Translations under genes and position numbers: made by a program
From: Chloroflexota bacterium
Lineage (GTDB): Bacteria; Chloroflexota; Anaerolineae; B4-G1; SLSP01
Length of the DNA: 64,000 bases
Assembly: GCA_029555965.1 (NCBI GenBank)
Contig: JAKQHY010000027.1
Span: forward strand, 8,806-72,805
Direction of reading: 5' to 3'
Shown: positions 8,755 to 17,407 of the stretch, in pieces
Layout of the letters: every line of letters begins with the position of its first letter
Numbering within the stretch: the first letter of the stretch is position 1
Notes under the pieces: generated by a model
Told to the model about the DNA's origin: nothing
The model's input: only the letters and a program-made list of their open reading frames with translations
Database searches by the model: none

Positions 8755-9741
8755 TTAAGCCAAGGGTAAGGCGGCCAGCAAGACTCGCACGCTGTTCTCA
8801 ACGTCGTCCCCGTCCACCATCTCGGAAGGGCTGTGGACGAAACGCGAGGGGACGCTCAAACAGCCGCTCGGCACACCGGCGCGCACCAATTGCATCGCCG
8901 AAGCGTCAGTGCTACCGTACAACAAGATTTCCATTTGATAGGGCGACGCTGCCTTTTCGGCGGCAGCGACCAGCAGATCCCGCACCAACGGATGGGCGAT
9001 CATACCGCGATCTTTTACCTTGATCGCTGGCCCTTTGCCCAAGGCGACATCCATCGGTAAGGACTTGGGCGTATCCCCGGTGACGGTCACATCTACCGCA
9101 ATCGCCATGTCCGGATCAATACGGAAAGCCGTTGTGCGCGCCCCCGCCAGGGTAATTTCTTCCTGTGTGCTGAAAACGAAGTAGATGTCGTGGGGCGTCT
9201 CCGGGAGCTGGCGAAGCACTTCAAGCAACACGTAACACCCGATGCGGTCATCCAGGGCTTTGCTGATCAGCCGCCGCCCTCGCGCTTCCAACGGGCCTAC
9301 AAAAACCGCCGGATCGCCCACTTTGACGGGACAATCCTCCCGACCGGTCGCGCCCACATCCAGGTACAGATGTTCCAGCGCCGGCGTTGTCGTAGCATCT
9401 TCGCGCCACTCCACGGCAATCGCGCCGAGCGTGCCATCGGCAAAACGCGCCCGCCCACCAACGCAGTTTGTCGGACGCACTCCGCCGATGGAGGTGAAGC
9501 GCACGAAGCCTTTCTCGTCCACGTAGGTCGCCATCAGGCCGATTTCGTCCATATGCGCGGCGAGCAAGATTTTCTTGCCGCCTTCTTTCCCCCGGCGGCG
9601 CACCACCAGGCTGCCAAGCGGATCCACGCGCACTTCATCGGCAAAGGCCACGACTTCCGCGCGCAGCACTTCCCGAATTTCCTCTTCATACCCCGATGGG
9701 CCAAAAGTTTGTGTGAGTTTGGTTAACAGTTCCAGATTCAC
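8755..9741 (-). CDS. M42 family metallo-aminopeptidase (TET/FrvX/YsdC-like), paralog 1; GTG start
   Basis: 328 aa; N-term ...LTQTFGPSGYEEEIR, HMDEIG, DDR(I/A)GC, QEE motifs; GGAGGaaatgaGTG. Confidence 0.8.
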   Translation of the reverse strand: MNLELLTKLTQTFGPSGYEEEIREVLRAEVVAFADEVRVDPLGSLVVRRRGKEGGKKILLAAHMDEIGLMATYVDEKGFVRFTSIGGVRPTNCVGGRARFADGTLGAIAVEWREDATTTPALEHLYLDVGATGREDCPVKVGDPAVFVGPLEARGRRLISKALDDRIGCYVLLEVLRQLPETPHDIYFVFSTQEEITLAGARTTAFRIDPDMAIAVDVTVTGDTPKSLPMDVALGKGPAIKVKDRGMIAHPLVRDLLVAAAEKAASPYQMEILLYGSTDASAMQLVRAGVPSGCLSVPSRFVHSPSEMVDGDDVENSVRVLLAALPLA

Positions 9742-9755
9742 TCATTTCCTCCGTC

Positions 9756-9828
9756 AATAACCACAGAGAGCACAGAGAAAAAGCCGGGAATCTTTGCGTC
9801 TCTGCGCCTTTGCGTTAAATTTTTTAAT
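9756..9828 (-). repeat. degenerate copy of family-A leader element (cgcaaag and ctctgtg heptamer repeats) directly upstream of M42 paralog 1 start
   Basis: minus strand: ...cgcaaaggcgcagagacgcaaag...ctctgtgctctctgtggttattgacGGAGGaaatgaGTG. Confidence 0.55.
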
Positions 9829-10880
9829 CAGGGACGCAACACGTCCGGCGTCATACGGCGCAAGGATGCCTGCACCAGTTGGAAGGTATGCTCCAGATCA
9901 CTGACGCGCAGCAACGCGATGGGGCTGTGGATGTAGCGGCAGGGTACGGCAATGGTCATCACCGGGACGCCAGCGCGCACGGTATGGATGATGCCGGACT
10001 CGGTGCCGCTGATGCCGGGCTGCTTCAATTGGTACGGAATTCCTTCAGCCTCACCCGTCAGCATCACATGGCGCAGCAGGCGCGGCGGCGTGGTGTACGA
10101 GCGGTCCTTCACCGTAAGGGCCGGCCCCTTCCCTAACTGGGTCGTCGGGCTAACGGCTTCATCCTCTTTGGGTAGGTCATCGGCCACCGTACATTCCAGC
10201 GCCAAGGCGCCATCCGGATCCACCGCATACGTCGCCACCTGCGCGCCGCGCAAGCCGACCTCTTCTTGCACAGTGAAGACGCCGTGCAGGTCAAAGGGCA
10301 GGCGCTCCCCTTGCAGCAACGCCGTCAAAATGGTGCAGCCGGCGCGATCATCGAAAGATTTCCCCATCAGCGACTCACCCAAATTGCGCGGGGTGGTCGC
10401 AAAGGCGACCGGCGTGCCAAGCGGAGCGGCTTCCTCAGCCTCCTCGCGGCTTTTTGCGCCGATATCCACTGCCAGATTATCTACTGCCGGAACCGTTTTA
10501 AAATTGCCGGCGGATGCACGGTGAATGGGCCTGAGTCCGATGACGCCGGGGAGTCGGGCGGATCCCACCAACACGCGCAGACCGGGCAGCAATTGGGAGT
10601 TGACGCCCCCGATAGGCTCCACCCGCAGCGCCCCCTCGCCGGTATATCCCACCACCATCAAGCCAACCTCGTCCATGTGCGCCGTCACCAAAAAGCGTAG
10701 CGCACTCTCGCCAGTGCCGCGCTTCAGGGCGATCAAGTTGCCCAATCCATCCACACGCAGATCGTCCACGTGTCCCTCCAGTAGGGGACGCAGGGCGCAA
10801 CGCATCGGCGTCTCGTTGCCGGAGGTGCTGATGATTTCAGAAAGCGTTAACAGGGTGCTGACCAGGGTTTCGCGGTTCAT
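9828..10880 (-). CDS. M42 family metallo-aminopeptidase, paralog 2
   Basis: 350 aa; HMDEVG, DDRAGC, QEEVG motifs. Confidence 0.8.
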   Translation of the reverse strand: MNRETLVSTLLTLSEIISTSGNETPMRCALRPLLEGHVDDLRVDGLGNLIALKRGTGESALRFLVTAHMDEVGLMVVGYTGEGALRVEPIGGVNSQLLPGLRVLVGSARLPGVIGLRPIHRASAGNFKTVPAVDNLAVDIGAKSREEAEEAAPLGTPVAFATTPRNLGESLMGKSFDDRAGCTILTALLQGERLPFDLHGVFTVQEEVGLRGAQVATYAVDPDGALALECTVADDLPKEDEAVSPTTQLGKGPALTVKDRSYTTPPRLLRHVMLTGEAEGIPYQLKQPGISGTESGIIHTVRAGVPVMTIAVPCRYIHSPIALLRVSDLEHTFQLVQASLRRMTPDVLRP

Positions 10881-11932
10881 GCTTCGTCCTCCCAGCGGGG
10901 CGTATCTCCCGCCGCAAGTTGGGTCACAAAGCCGGTCAACAGGCGCGCGGCGCGCTCAAGGTCGCGCAGGCAAACAGTTTCCACCGGTTGGTGCATATAG
11001 CGAAGGGGGAGTCCGAGCAGGCCGGTCGGGATACCCTCCCGCGCCACCTGAATACCCCAGGCATCGGTGCCGCTGTGTCCCGGCGTCGGTTCCAACGTGT
11101 AAGGGATTTCCTCAACTTTGGCCGCCTTCTCCAGCCGCTCGACGACTTGCGGGTGGAAATTAGGGCCGATGCCAATCGTTGGGCCACTGTTCACTTTGAA
11201 GGTGCCGGTGTCACTGTCGTCATATTGTTTGGCAAAGGTCACATCCAGCGCCACCGCAAGCTGCGGCGCCAAGCCATACGCGCTGGTGATCGCCCCCTTG
11301 ACGCCCACCTCCTCCTGCACGGTTGCCACGGCGTAAACATCCCAGGCATGTAGGCGATCCCGTAGTTTCTCCAAAGCCAATGTCACCACCGCTACAGAGG
11401 CGCGATTATCCAACGCTTTGCCGGCGACCAAGCCGTTTTTTAATTCCAGGAGTTCGCCGGTCATAGTTACATGATCGCCAACACGGACCAGCTTCTTCAG
11501 CTCGTCAGCCGGCAGCCCCACATCCACAAAGAGTTTGTCCCAAGGCAAGACCTTGTCGCGCTCGGCAGGCGGGAGCACATGCGGAGGGCGTGTTCCCACA
11601 ATGCCGGGCAAGGGCCGCACGCCATGCACCAACACTTCCAGCCCCAACACGATCCGGCGATCCATCCCGGACAGCGAGGTCACCCGCAAAAACTCGCCCT
11701 CAATACCGGTGACGATGAGGGCAATCTCATCCATATGCGCCGCCAGCATAACCGCCGGACGAGGGGCCGGCGCGCTTCCGCGTTGTAGTGCCGCCAGGCT
11801 GCCCATAGCATCTATGCGGATTTCATCCGTATAGGGCGTCCACCACGTTTGAATAAGGTCAGCTACCGCTTGCTCACACCCAGAAGGGCCATGGGCTTCA
11901 GAAAGGGCTTTTAAAAGCGCAAATGTTTCCAA
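10877..11932 (-). CDS. M42 family metallo-aminopeptidase, paralog 3 (4-nt overlap with paralog 2)
   Basis: 351 aa; HMDEIA, DNRASV, QEEVG motifs. Confidence 0.8.
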   Translation of the reverse strand: METFALLKALSEAHGPSGCEQAVADLIQTWWTPYTDEIRIDAMGSLAALQRGSAPAPRPAVMLAAHMDEIALIVTGIEGEFLRVTSLSGMDRRIVLGLEVLVHGVRPLPGIVGTRPPHVLPPAERDKVLPWDKLFVDVGLPADELKKLVRVGDHVTMTGELLELKNGLVAGKALDNRASVAVVTLALEKLRDRLHAWDVYAVATVQEEVGVKGAITSAYGLAPQLAVALDVTFAKQYDDSDTGTFKVNSGPTIGIGPNFHPQVVERLEKAAKVEEIPYTLEPTPGHSGTDAWGIQVAREGIPTGLLGLPLRYMHQPVETVCLRDLERAARLLTGFVTQLAAGDTPRWEDEA

Positions 11933-12050
11933 GGGTCTCCTGCCTGATCAAAAAGAGAAAGACACAACATGCATTTGTGTGAGGCGCCGGCGGCCACACC
12001 ACCGCTGGACATTCACCGAACGTGGCGCCAATGAAAGAAAAAGCTGAGTC

Positions 12051-12602
12051 CTAATTGAGCGTGAAAAACGGCGCATTATTCAGCGACAGCGTCGGGGTAA
12101 TGGGGATAGGAGTCGGCTTCGGCTCCGGGGTGAAGGTTGGCGACGGCGGTGGTTCAAGAGTGAAAGTCGGTTCGACAGTCGGCTCCAAAGTTGGAGTCAT
12201 GGTTGGTGTAGCCGTCAGGGTCGGCGTCTCGGTAGGGGTGACCGTCAGGGTCGGCGTCTCAGTAGGGGTGGCCGTTTCGGTTGGCGTTGGCGTTGGCGTT
12301 TCGGTAGGGGTGGCCGTTCCCGTAAAGGTTGGCTCGGGCGTAGGCGTGCGCGTGGGGGGGAACCATTGGGTTGGCGTAGCTTGTAAAGTCTTGAGCGGCA
12401 CCGATGTGCCAGGCCCGACCAAATAGGGCGTTGATGTAGCTTTGGGAGGCGTTGTCGCAGTTAGTGTGGGGCGCGCGGTCGGCGATGGTGAAGAGGGACG
12501 CATCGCCAACGCCACAAATCCCAGGCAGTAACAGGGGATTGTCGCAATGATCACTGCGATCAACACTCGGTAGATGGGCTTTTGTGTCTGCTTACTTTCC
12601 AT
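12051..12602 (-). CDS. Pro/Thr-rich repeat protein with N-terminal membrane anchor
   Basis: MESKQTQKP...[21 protein letters not shown] helix then TPTETPTLT-type repeats; start moved to ATG 12602 because the consensus promoter lies within the longer ORF; no SD. Confidence 0.55.
   Translation of the reverse strand: MESKQTQKPIYRVLIAVIIATIPCYCLGFVALAMRPSSPSPTARPTLTATTPPKATSTPYLVGPGTSVPLKTLQATPTQWFPPTRTPTPEPTFTGTATPTETPTPTPTETATPTETPTLTVTPTETPTLTATPTMTPTLEPTVEPTFTLEPPPSPTFTPEPKPTPIPITPTLSLNNAPFFTLN
12200..12330. repeat. in-frame tandem ~30-33 bp DNA repeats encoding the PT-repeat region
   Basis: ccgtcagggtcggcgtctc(g/a)gtaggggtg(a/g)cc repeated, plus gttggcgtt triplets. Confidence 0.7.
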
Positions 12603-12624
12603 AGGATGTACACACTTGACGGCA

Positions 12625-12652
12625 ATAATAACATCATTCAAATAGATGTCAA
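12625..12652 (-). promoter_or_regulatory. near-consensus sigma70 promoter TTGACA-16-TATTAT with ~20-nt leader for PT-repeat protein
   Basis: minus strand TTGACAtctatttgaatgatgtTATTATtgccgtcaagtgtgtacatcctATG. Confidence 0.55.
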
Positions 12653-12865
12653 AGATAGGAGTCGAGAGAAAAATGCGCTTTTAAAGCATTTTACAGCGCC
12701 GGGCTGTAGCAACCTGCTATTACAAACATTCTTTACTTTCAAGGAAACGATGGACTTTGAAACACAAATTTGCTATACTTATGGCTTGTAACAAAGACAA
12801 GCTAAAAGTTCGCCCTAGCCTTGGTATTCACAGGAATGTCAGCGAACCTGCGGGACAATTCAATA

Positions 12866-13209
12866 ATGAAAATCTTTCACCAGGGCACGCAGAGGTCATA
12901 GAGATTTTCTTTTTTCGCTGTACTCTCTGTGCCCTCTGTGACTATTTCAAGGGAATTACCCATTAACCGGCGGTGTACCAGCGGTTGGATGAAAATTTCA
13001 CCACGGAGACACTGAGCACACGGAGCTTTTCTTCATATTTCTCTGTGAACTCTGTGATCTCTGTGGCTATTTTCAAGGGAATTCCTCATTAACTGGCGTT
13101 CACCAGCGGTTGGATGAAAATTTTCACCGCAGAGACGCAGAGGTCGCAGAGATTTTCTTTTTTCTCTGTGTTCTCTGTGCTCTCTGTGGCTATTTTCAGA
13201 GGAGGCTCT
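12866..13209 (+). repeat. tandem array (3 units, 122-126 bp) of family-A leader element; last unit supplies GGAGG RBS of downstream gene
   Basis: units begin atgaaaat(c)tt(t)cacc at 12866, 12988, 13114; each has cagagacgcagag-type triplet, T-rich core, (ctctgtg)x3, ggctattttcaagggaatt, cattaaccggcgttcaccagcggttgg. Confidence 0.85.
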
Positions 13210-13566
13210 ATGAACAACCAAGATGATGAAATTCGCCGTTTGCAACGATTGCGCAATGAACAACTAAGTAGCCGCGATCCTACGGCCAAAGATCGCGCCA
13301 AGATGCAACGCATCTCCAAGCGACACCACAAAAGCCGCCAACCGTTCACCATCAAGCGCATTCTCCGGGATCTCCCGGCCAAATGGTTATTGATGATCAT
13401 CGGTGGCGTGATTGGGATCATCGTCGCGTTGATTATGAATATGATCGTGGATGATCCGTGGGTCAGAATCGCCAGCTATGTCGTCATTGTATTCGGGCTC
13501 GTCGCCGGGCGGATAATGGGCGCGGTGCGCGACTGGGGCGACGAGGATTGGGTTAACAGACGTTAG
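13210..13566 (+). CDS. hypothetical small membrane protein
   Basis: 118 aa from ATG 13210 (GGAGG 6 nt upstream); basic N-terminus then 2 TM helices; longer ORF from 13114 rejected because it translates the repeat. Confidence 0.55.
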   Translation: MNNQDDEIRRLQRLRNEQLSSRDPTAKDRAKMQRISKRHHKSRQPFTIKRILRDLPAKWLLMIIGGVIGIIVALIMNMIVDDPWVRIASYVVIVFGLVAGRIMGAVRDWGDEDWVNRR

Positions 13567-14270
13567 CCCGACAAGTATTCCACCAGCAAACTCAGTCCCA
13601 TACAAACTACCCCGGCGACGGCTGTCTTCAGGCCGTAGATCATCCGGTTCTCCTGCGAAACGCTGGCGAGATAGACCCCCAAGCCAAAGAGCGCCAACAA
13701 GGCCATGCCTAAAGACATATAAAAAGCATAGGTAATCGAAGGCAAGAAAGCGGTTAAGAAGAAAGGAATGACCACCAAAAATGCCGCTAGAAACGGCGAC
13801 AGACCATCGGTGGCGGTGACAATCAACACAGCCGCGCGAGCCGCCTGGCCGATTGTGGATTCGTGCAGATTGGTTAAGGTGCTTCGCTCAAGTTCGGTAA
13901 GTTCACGTTGCCGTTCTGCGGACTCCGTAAGGTAGGCGCCCCATCCTCCAGAAATGCCAATAGCGACTGCGGTGGACAGCCCGGTAACGAGAATCACTTT
14001 GGGGTCCTCTACCCCCACAGCAAACCCGCCCATCACAACCCCCACCATCGTCAACACCCCATCGAAGGAGTTATTGGCAAAAGCTCGCCGCGCAATGTTG
14101 CCCGCCCCTGAAAGTTCCGAATACTCGGCCCAGCGCCGCGCCGTCCGGCCCAGTGACTGTGAAATCCGATTTCCCCTACGTTGGGGGGGCACATCTGTCG
14201 CCGCGGCGCGATCCGTCTCAGTGACACCCTGGGACGCCTGGTCCGCACGTTCAACGTGACCGCTCTCCAT
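13563..14270 (-). CDS. VIT1/CCC1 family iron/manganese transporter-like membrane protein
   Basis: 235 aa; ANNSFDGVLTMVGVVMG motif and C-terminal TM bundle typical of VIT family. Confidence 0.6.
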   Translation of the reverse strand: MESGHVERADQASQGVTETDRAAATDVPPQRRGNRISQSLGRTARRWAEYSELSGAGNIARRAFANNSFDGVLTMVGVVMGGFAVGVEDPKVILVTGLSTAVAIGISGGWGAYLTESAERQRELTELERSTLTNLHESTIGQAARAAVLIVTATDGLSPFLAAFLVVIPFFLTAFLPSITYAFYMSLGMALLALFGLGVYLASVSQENRMIYGLKTAVAGVVCMGLSLLVEYLSG

Positions 14271-14280
14271 GACTTATCTC

Positions 14281-14385
14281 CTCCTCTGAAAATAGCGAAT
14301 AGCGAATAGCAAAATCTCTGCGTCTCTGCGGTGAAAATTTTCATCCAACCGCTGGTGAACCGCCGGTTAATGGTGAATTCCTACG
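14281..14385 (-). repeat. family-A leader element copy (heptamer variant gctattc x3) directly upstream of VIT gene, supplying its RBS
   Basis: minus strand: cattaaccggcggttcaccagcggttggatgaaaattttcaccgcagagacgcagagattttgctattcgctattcgctattttcaGAGGAGataagtcATG. Confidence 0.8.
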
Positions 14386-14473
14386 CAATTCTGAAAAAGT
14401 TCATCAATCGTGTAAATATAGCCGCAATCACCAAATCTTATTGCAGGACAGTCGAAGTCTGTCAACCGCAGAC

Positions 14474-14761
14474 TCAGTCCTGTAACGTCGCCGCGTCGTC
14501 AATAATAATCTTGCCGGCAACCACTTCATCAATGGAATGAACTGCCCCGCCCATTTGTTCGATCAACTGTTCAACCTGCCGGTAGGGAATAGAATCCCCC
14601 TCTACCGTGATTTTGGCATTCTCCACTTTGCGATCCATCTCATAGATACTGATGTTGACCGCCGAAACCCCCGGAAGCTCACTGAGCTGTTCCGCCATCA
14701 AAATGATGTTCGGATCATGCGGCTTAAGCGTATCCAGCACCAAACGACGTAATCTTCCCAT
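14474..14761 (-). CDS. DUF211 family small protein
   Basis: 95 aa; RLVLDTLKPHDPNI...GVSAVNISIYEMD...EGD motif pattern recalled for DUF211. Confidence 0.55.
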   Translation of the reverse strand: MGRLRRLVLDTLKPHDPNIILMAEQLSELPGVSAVNISIYEMDRKVENAKITVEGDSIPYRQVEQLIEQMGGAVHSIDEVVAGKIIIDDAATLQD

Positions 14762-14951
14762 CTCAACACTCCCTTCACTAAAGCAGCCCTATTAACAAAA
14801 ACAGCCATCCAATCATCACCAGATTGGATGGCTTGTTTTCATAGAAATATGTGTATAAGTCTTGCAGGTCTCTAATACAGAAAAGTACAACTCACTCCTG
14901 TCGTGGCGTTACGACATAAAAATTATACCCGAACTCTCCCGGATGTCAATT

Positions 14952-16139
14952 TCATGACAGCACTCCCAATGTCCGGCCAATCTCGGCAAATTTTCCCAGG
15001 CCAAAATCGAGATCGGCACGGGAGAGGGCGGCTGACACCATCACCCGGATCCGCGCCTGCCCCTGTGGCACGGTGGGGAAGCCCAGCGGCATCGCAAAGA
15101 CGCCGGCCGCGAACAAGTGCCGGCTGAAAGTCTGCGCCAGCTTGACGTCGCCCAACATCACCGGCGTAATGGGCGTGACGCTGTGGCCCACATCGAAGCC
15201 CAATGTCTGCATCTGTCCCTTGAAGTAACGAGTGTTTTCCCACAACCGCTCTACCAGCTCGGTGGACGCGGCGAGCATCTCCACCGCCGCCATACACGCG
15301 GCAGTGTCCGCGGCGGTGACGGCGCTGGAAAACAGGAAGGGACGCGCTTTCTGCCGCAGATAGTCCACGATGACTTTTTTGCCTGCGACCACGCCGCCAA
15401 CCACACCGAACGCTTTAGAGAACGTGCCAACCTCCACGTCGAACTTGCCGTGTAGTCCAAAGTGATCGACGATGCCGCGTCCGCCCCGGCCCAACACGCC
15501 TTCACCATGCGCGTCGTCTACCATCGTCAGCACACCATACCGCTCCGCCACCTCGTACAGCTTGTCCAACGGCGCAACGTCGCCGTCCATCGAGAAAACG
15601 CCATCCGTCACCATCAACCCACGCCGATGCTGCGGCAGATATTCCTTAATTTTGGACTCCAAATCGGCCGGATCGCAGTGTTCATAAACCACAATCTTGG
15701 CGCGACTTAAACGAGCGCCATCAATGATGCTGGCATGGTTAAGACGGTCGGAGAAAATTACGTCCTCCTTGCCCACCAGGGGCGGCAACGCGGCCTGGTT
15801 CGCCAGGAAACCGCTTTGCACGTAGAGCGCATCCTCCACATTCTTGAACGCTGCAATCTTCTCTTCTAACTCCTTGTGAATCGCCAACGTGCCGGCGATG
15901 GAGCGCACCGCCGTCGGGCCGGCCCCATAACGATCCAGCGCCTCTTTAGCCGCCTGGATCAGCCAGGGATCGTCGGCCAGGCCGAGGTAGTTGTTGGTGC
16001 AGAGGTTGAGCACCCGCTGCCCATCCACCACCATCCACGCACCCGGCGCGGACTCAATTGTGCGCAAATTGATGAACAGGCCACTGTCTTGTAATGCCTT
16101 CACTTCTTCCGCAATCCACAGCAACTTCGCTTCTGTCAT
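14952..16139 (-). CDS. kbl: glycine C-acetyltransferase (2-amino-3-ketobutyrate CoA ligase)
   Basis: 395 aa; CTNNYLGLADDP, SDRLNHASIIDG, DDAHGEGVLG, PLP-lysine TFSKAFG; closest by eye to Kbl rather than BioF. Confidence 0.75.
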   Translation of the reverse strand: MTEAKLLWIAEEVKALQDSGLFINLRTIESAPGAWMVVDGQRVLNLCTNNYLGLADDPWLIQAAKEALDRYGAGPTAVRSIAGTLAIHKELEEKIAAFKNVEDALYVQSGFLANQAALPPLVGKEDVIFSDRLNHASIIDGARLSRAKIVVYEHCDPADLESKIKEYLPQHRRGLMVTDGVFSMDGDVAPLDKLYEVAERYGVLTMVDDAHGEGVLGRGGRGIVDHFGLHGKFDVEVGTFSKAFGVVGGVVAGKKVIVDYLRQKARPFLFSSAVTAADTAACMAAVEMLAASTELVERLWENTRYFKGQMQTLGFDVGHSVTPITPVMLGDVKLAQTFSRHLFAAGVFAMPLGFPTVPQGQARIRVMVSAALSRADLDFGLGKFAEIGRTLGVLS

Positions 16140-16159
16140 CGGTCACTCCTTACAAAATA

Positions 16160-16220
16160 GGTTCAACGGATTGAACGAATTTAACGGAAAAACCGGTAGA
16201 TTCCGTTTTATCCGTTGAGA
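16160..16220. promoter_or_regulatory. nested inverted-repeat operator-like site in kbl/argF divergent region
   Basis: CAACGGA-ttgaacgaatt-TAACGGA-aaaaccggtagat-TCCGTTTTA-TCCGTTG. Confidence 0.35.
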
Positions 16221-16428
16221 AGATTTTTTTTACATCTCTGTCAGTATAGCATGGACTGCACCGCCCCGACAACTGGCGTCAACGCCATAACTGCCTGACA
16301 TGTGTAACAGTTCAAAGGCCCGACAGGTTGACTAACCCGGCTTCATCGTGGCAATTTGGGGCATTTTTACTGGATTGATTGTTCATGGTATACTATGGAT
16401 CATACCAATTCACAGGAGGCACACCCTT

Positions 16429-17361
16429 ATGAAACATTTCCTCTCTTTGGCGCACCTCACTCCGGCAGAGATGCAACACATCCTCGATTTGTCGTTAAGC
16501 ATCAAGCAGGAGTGGAAAGCCGGCAACGCGCCACCCTATCTGAAAAACAAGGTATTGGGTATGATTTTCCAGAAACCGAGCTTGCGCACCCGCGTCTCCT
16601 TCGACGTAGCGATGCTGCAACTGGGCGGGAACGGGTTGTATCTGTCGCCCAACGAGATTCAGTTGGGCAAGCGGGAAAGCACAGCCGATGTGGCCCGCGT
16701 CATCTCCCGTTACGTAGACGTGATTATGGCGCGCGTCTTCGCCCACGCGGATGTGGTCGAACTGGCAAAGTACGCCACCGTCCCCGTCATCAACGGATTG
16801 TCCGATTACTCTCATCCCTGCCAGGGCATGGCTGACTTCCTGACCATTCTGGAACACAAAGGGGGGTTCCAGGGCAAGAAACTGACCTATCTGGGCGACG
16901 GCAACAACGTGGCAACGTCGCTCCTGTTGGGGGCCGCACTGTTGGGGATGAATTTCACCATCGCCGCCCCGCGTGGCTACGAAGTACACCCGGCGACCTG
17001 GGCGTTGGGCCAGCAATTGGCCGCGCAGACCGGCGCGCACCTGGCCGCCACCTACGATCCGCTGGCTGCCGCCGCCGATGCCGACGTGCTGTACACCGAT
17101 ACCTGGACTTCAATGGGCCAGGAAGAAGAGTCCGAACAGCGCCGCAAAATCTTCCCTCCGTATCGCGTGGACGAGAGCAAACTGCGCTGCGCCAAACCCG
17201 ATGTCATTGTCATGCACTGCCTACCGGCGCATCGCGGCGAAGAAATTACCGACGCCGTCGCCGATGGCCCACACTCGGCCTTGTTCGACCAAGCCGAAAA
17301 TCGTCTGCATGCGCAAAAAGGCATCCTGGTCTGGGCATTGGAAGCAGAGAATTGCAAATAG
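16429..17361 (+). CDS. argF: ornithine carbamoyltransferase
   Basis: SLRTR, HPCQ, HCLP, TDTWTSMG motifs; start set at MKHF (GGAGG RBS) rather than upstream ATG. Confidence 0.88.
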   Translation: MKHFLSLAHLTPAEMQHILDLSLSIKQEWKAGNAPPYLKNKVLGMIFQKPSLRTRVSFDVAMLQLGGNGLYLSPNEIQLGKRESTADVARVISRYVDVIMARVFAHADVVELAKYATVPVINGLSDYSHPCQGMADFLTILEHKGGFQGKKLTYLGDGNNVATSLLLGAALLGMNFTIAAPRGYEVHPATWALGQQLAAQTGAHLAATYDPLAAAADADVLYTDTWTSMGQEEESEQRRKIFPPYRVDESKLRCAKPDVIVMHCLPAHRGEEITDAVADGPHSALFDQAENRLHAQKGILVWALEAENCK

Positions 17362-17407
17362 CGAATTAAAAATTACGAATCACCTGAAGACAATAACGAG
17401 GTAACGC

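Noticed and set aside
12055-12426. 123-aa Gly/Val-rich ORF on + strand
   Set aside because: Mirror-image frame of the Pro/Thr-repeat gene; the minus-strand ORF has an N-terminal membrane anchor and a consensus promoter
13114-13209. N-terminal extension of membrane protein ORF (MKIFTAETQRSQRF...)
   Set aside because: Translation of the tandem repeat itself; a real GGAGG RBS precedes the internal ATG at 13210
12866-13213. Possible CRISPR array (short repeated ctctgtg/gcagag units)
   Set aside because: Units are 7-bp heptamers inside a 122-bp repeated leader, not 25-40-bp repeats with unique spacers; no cas genes in window
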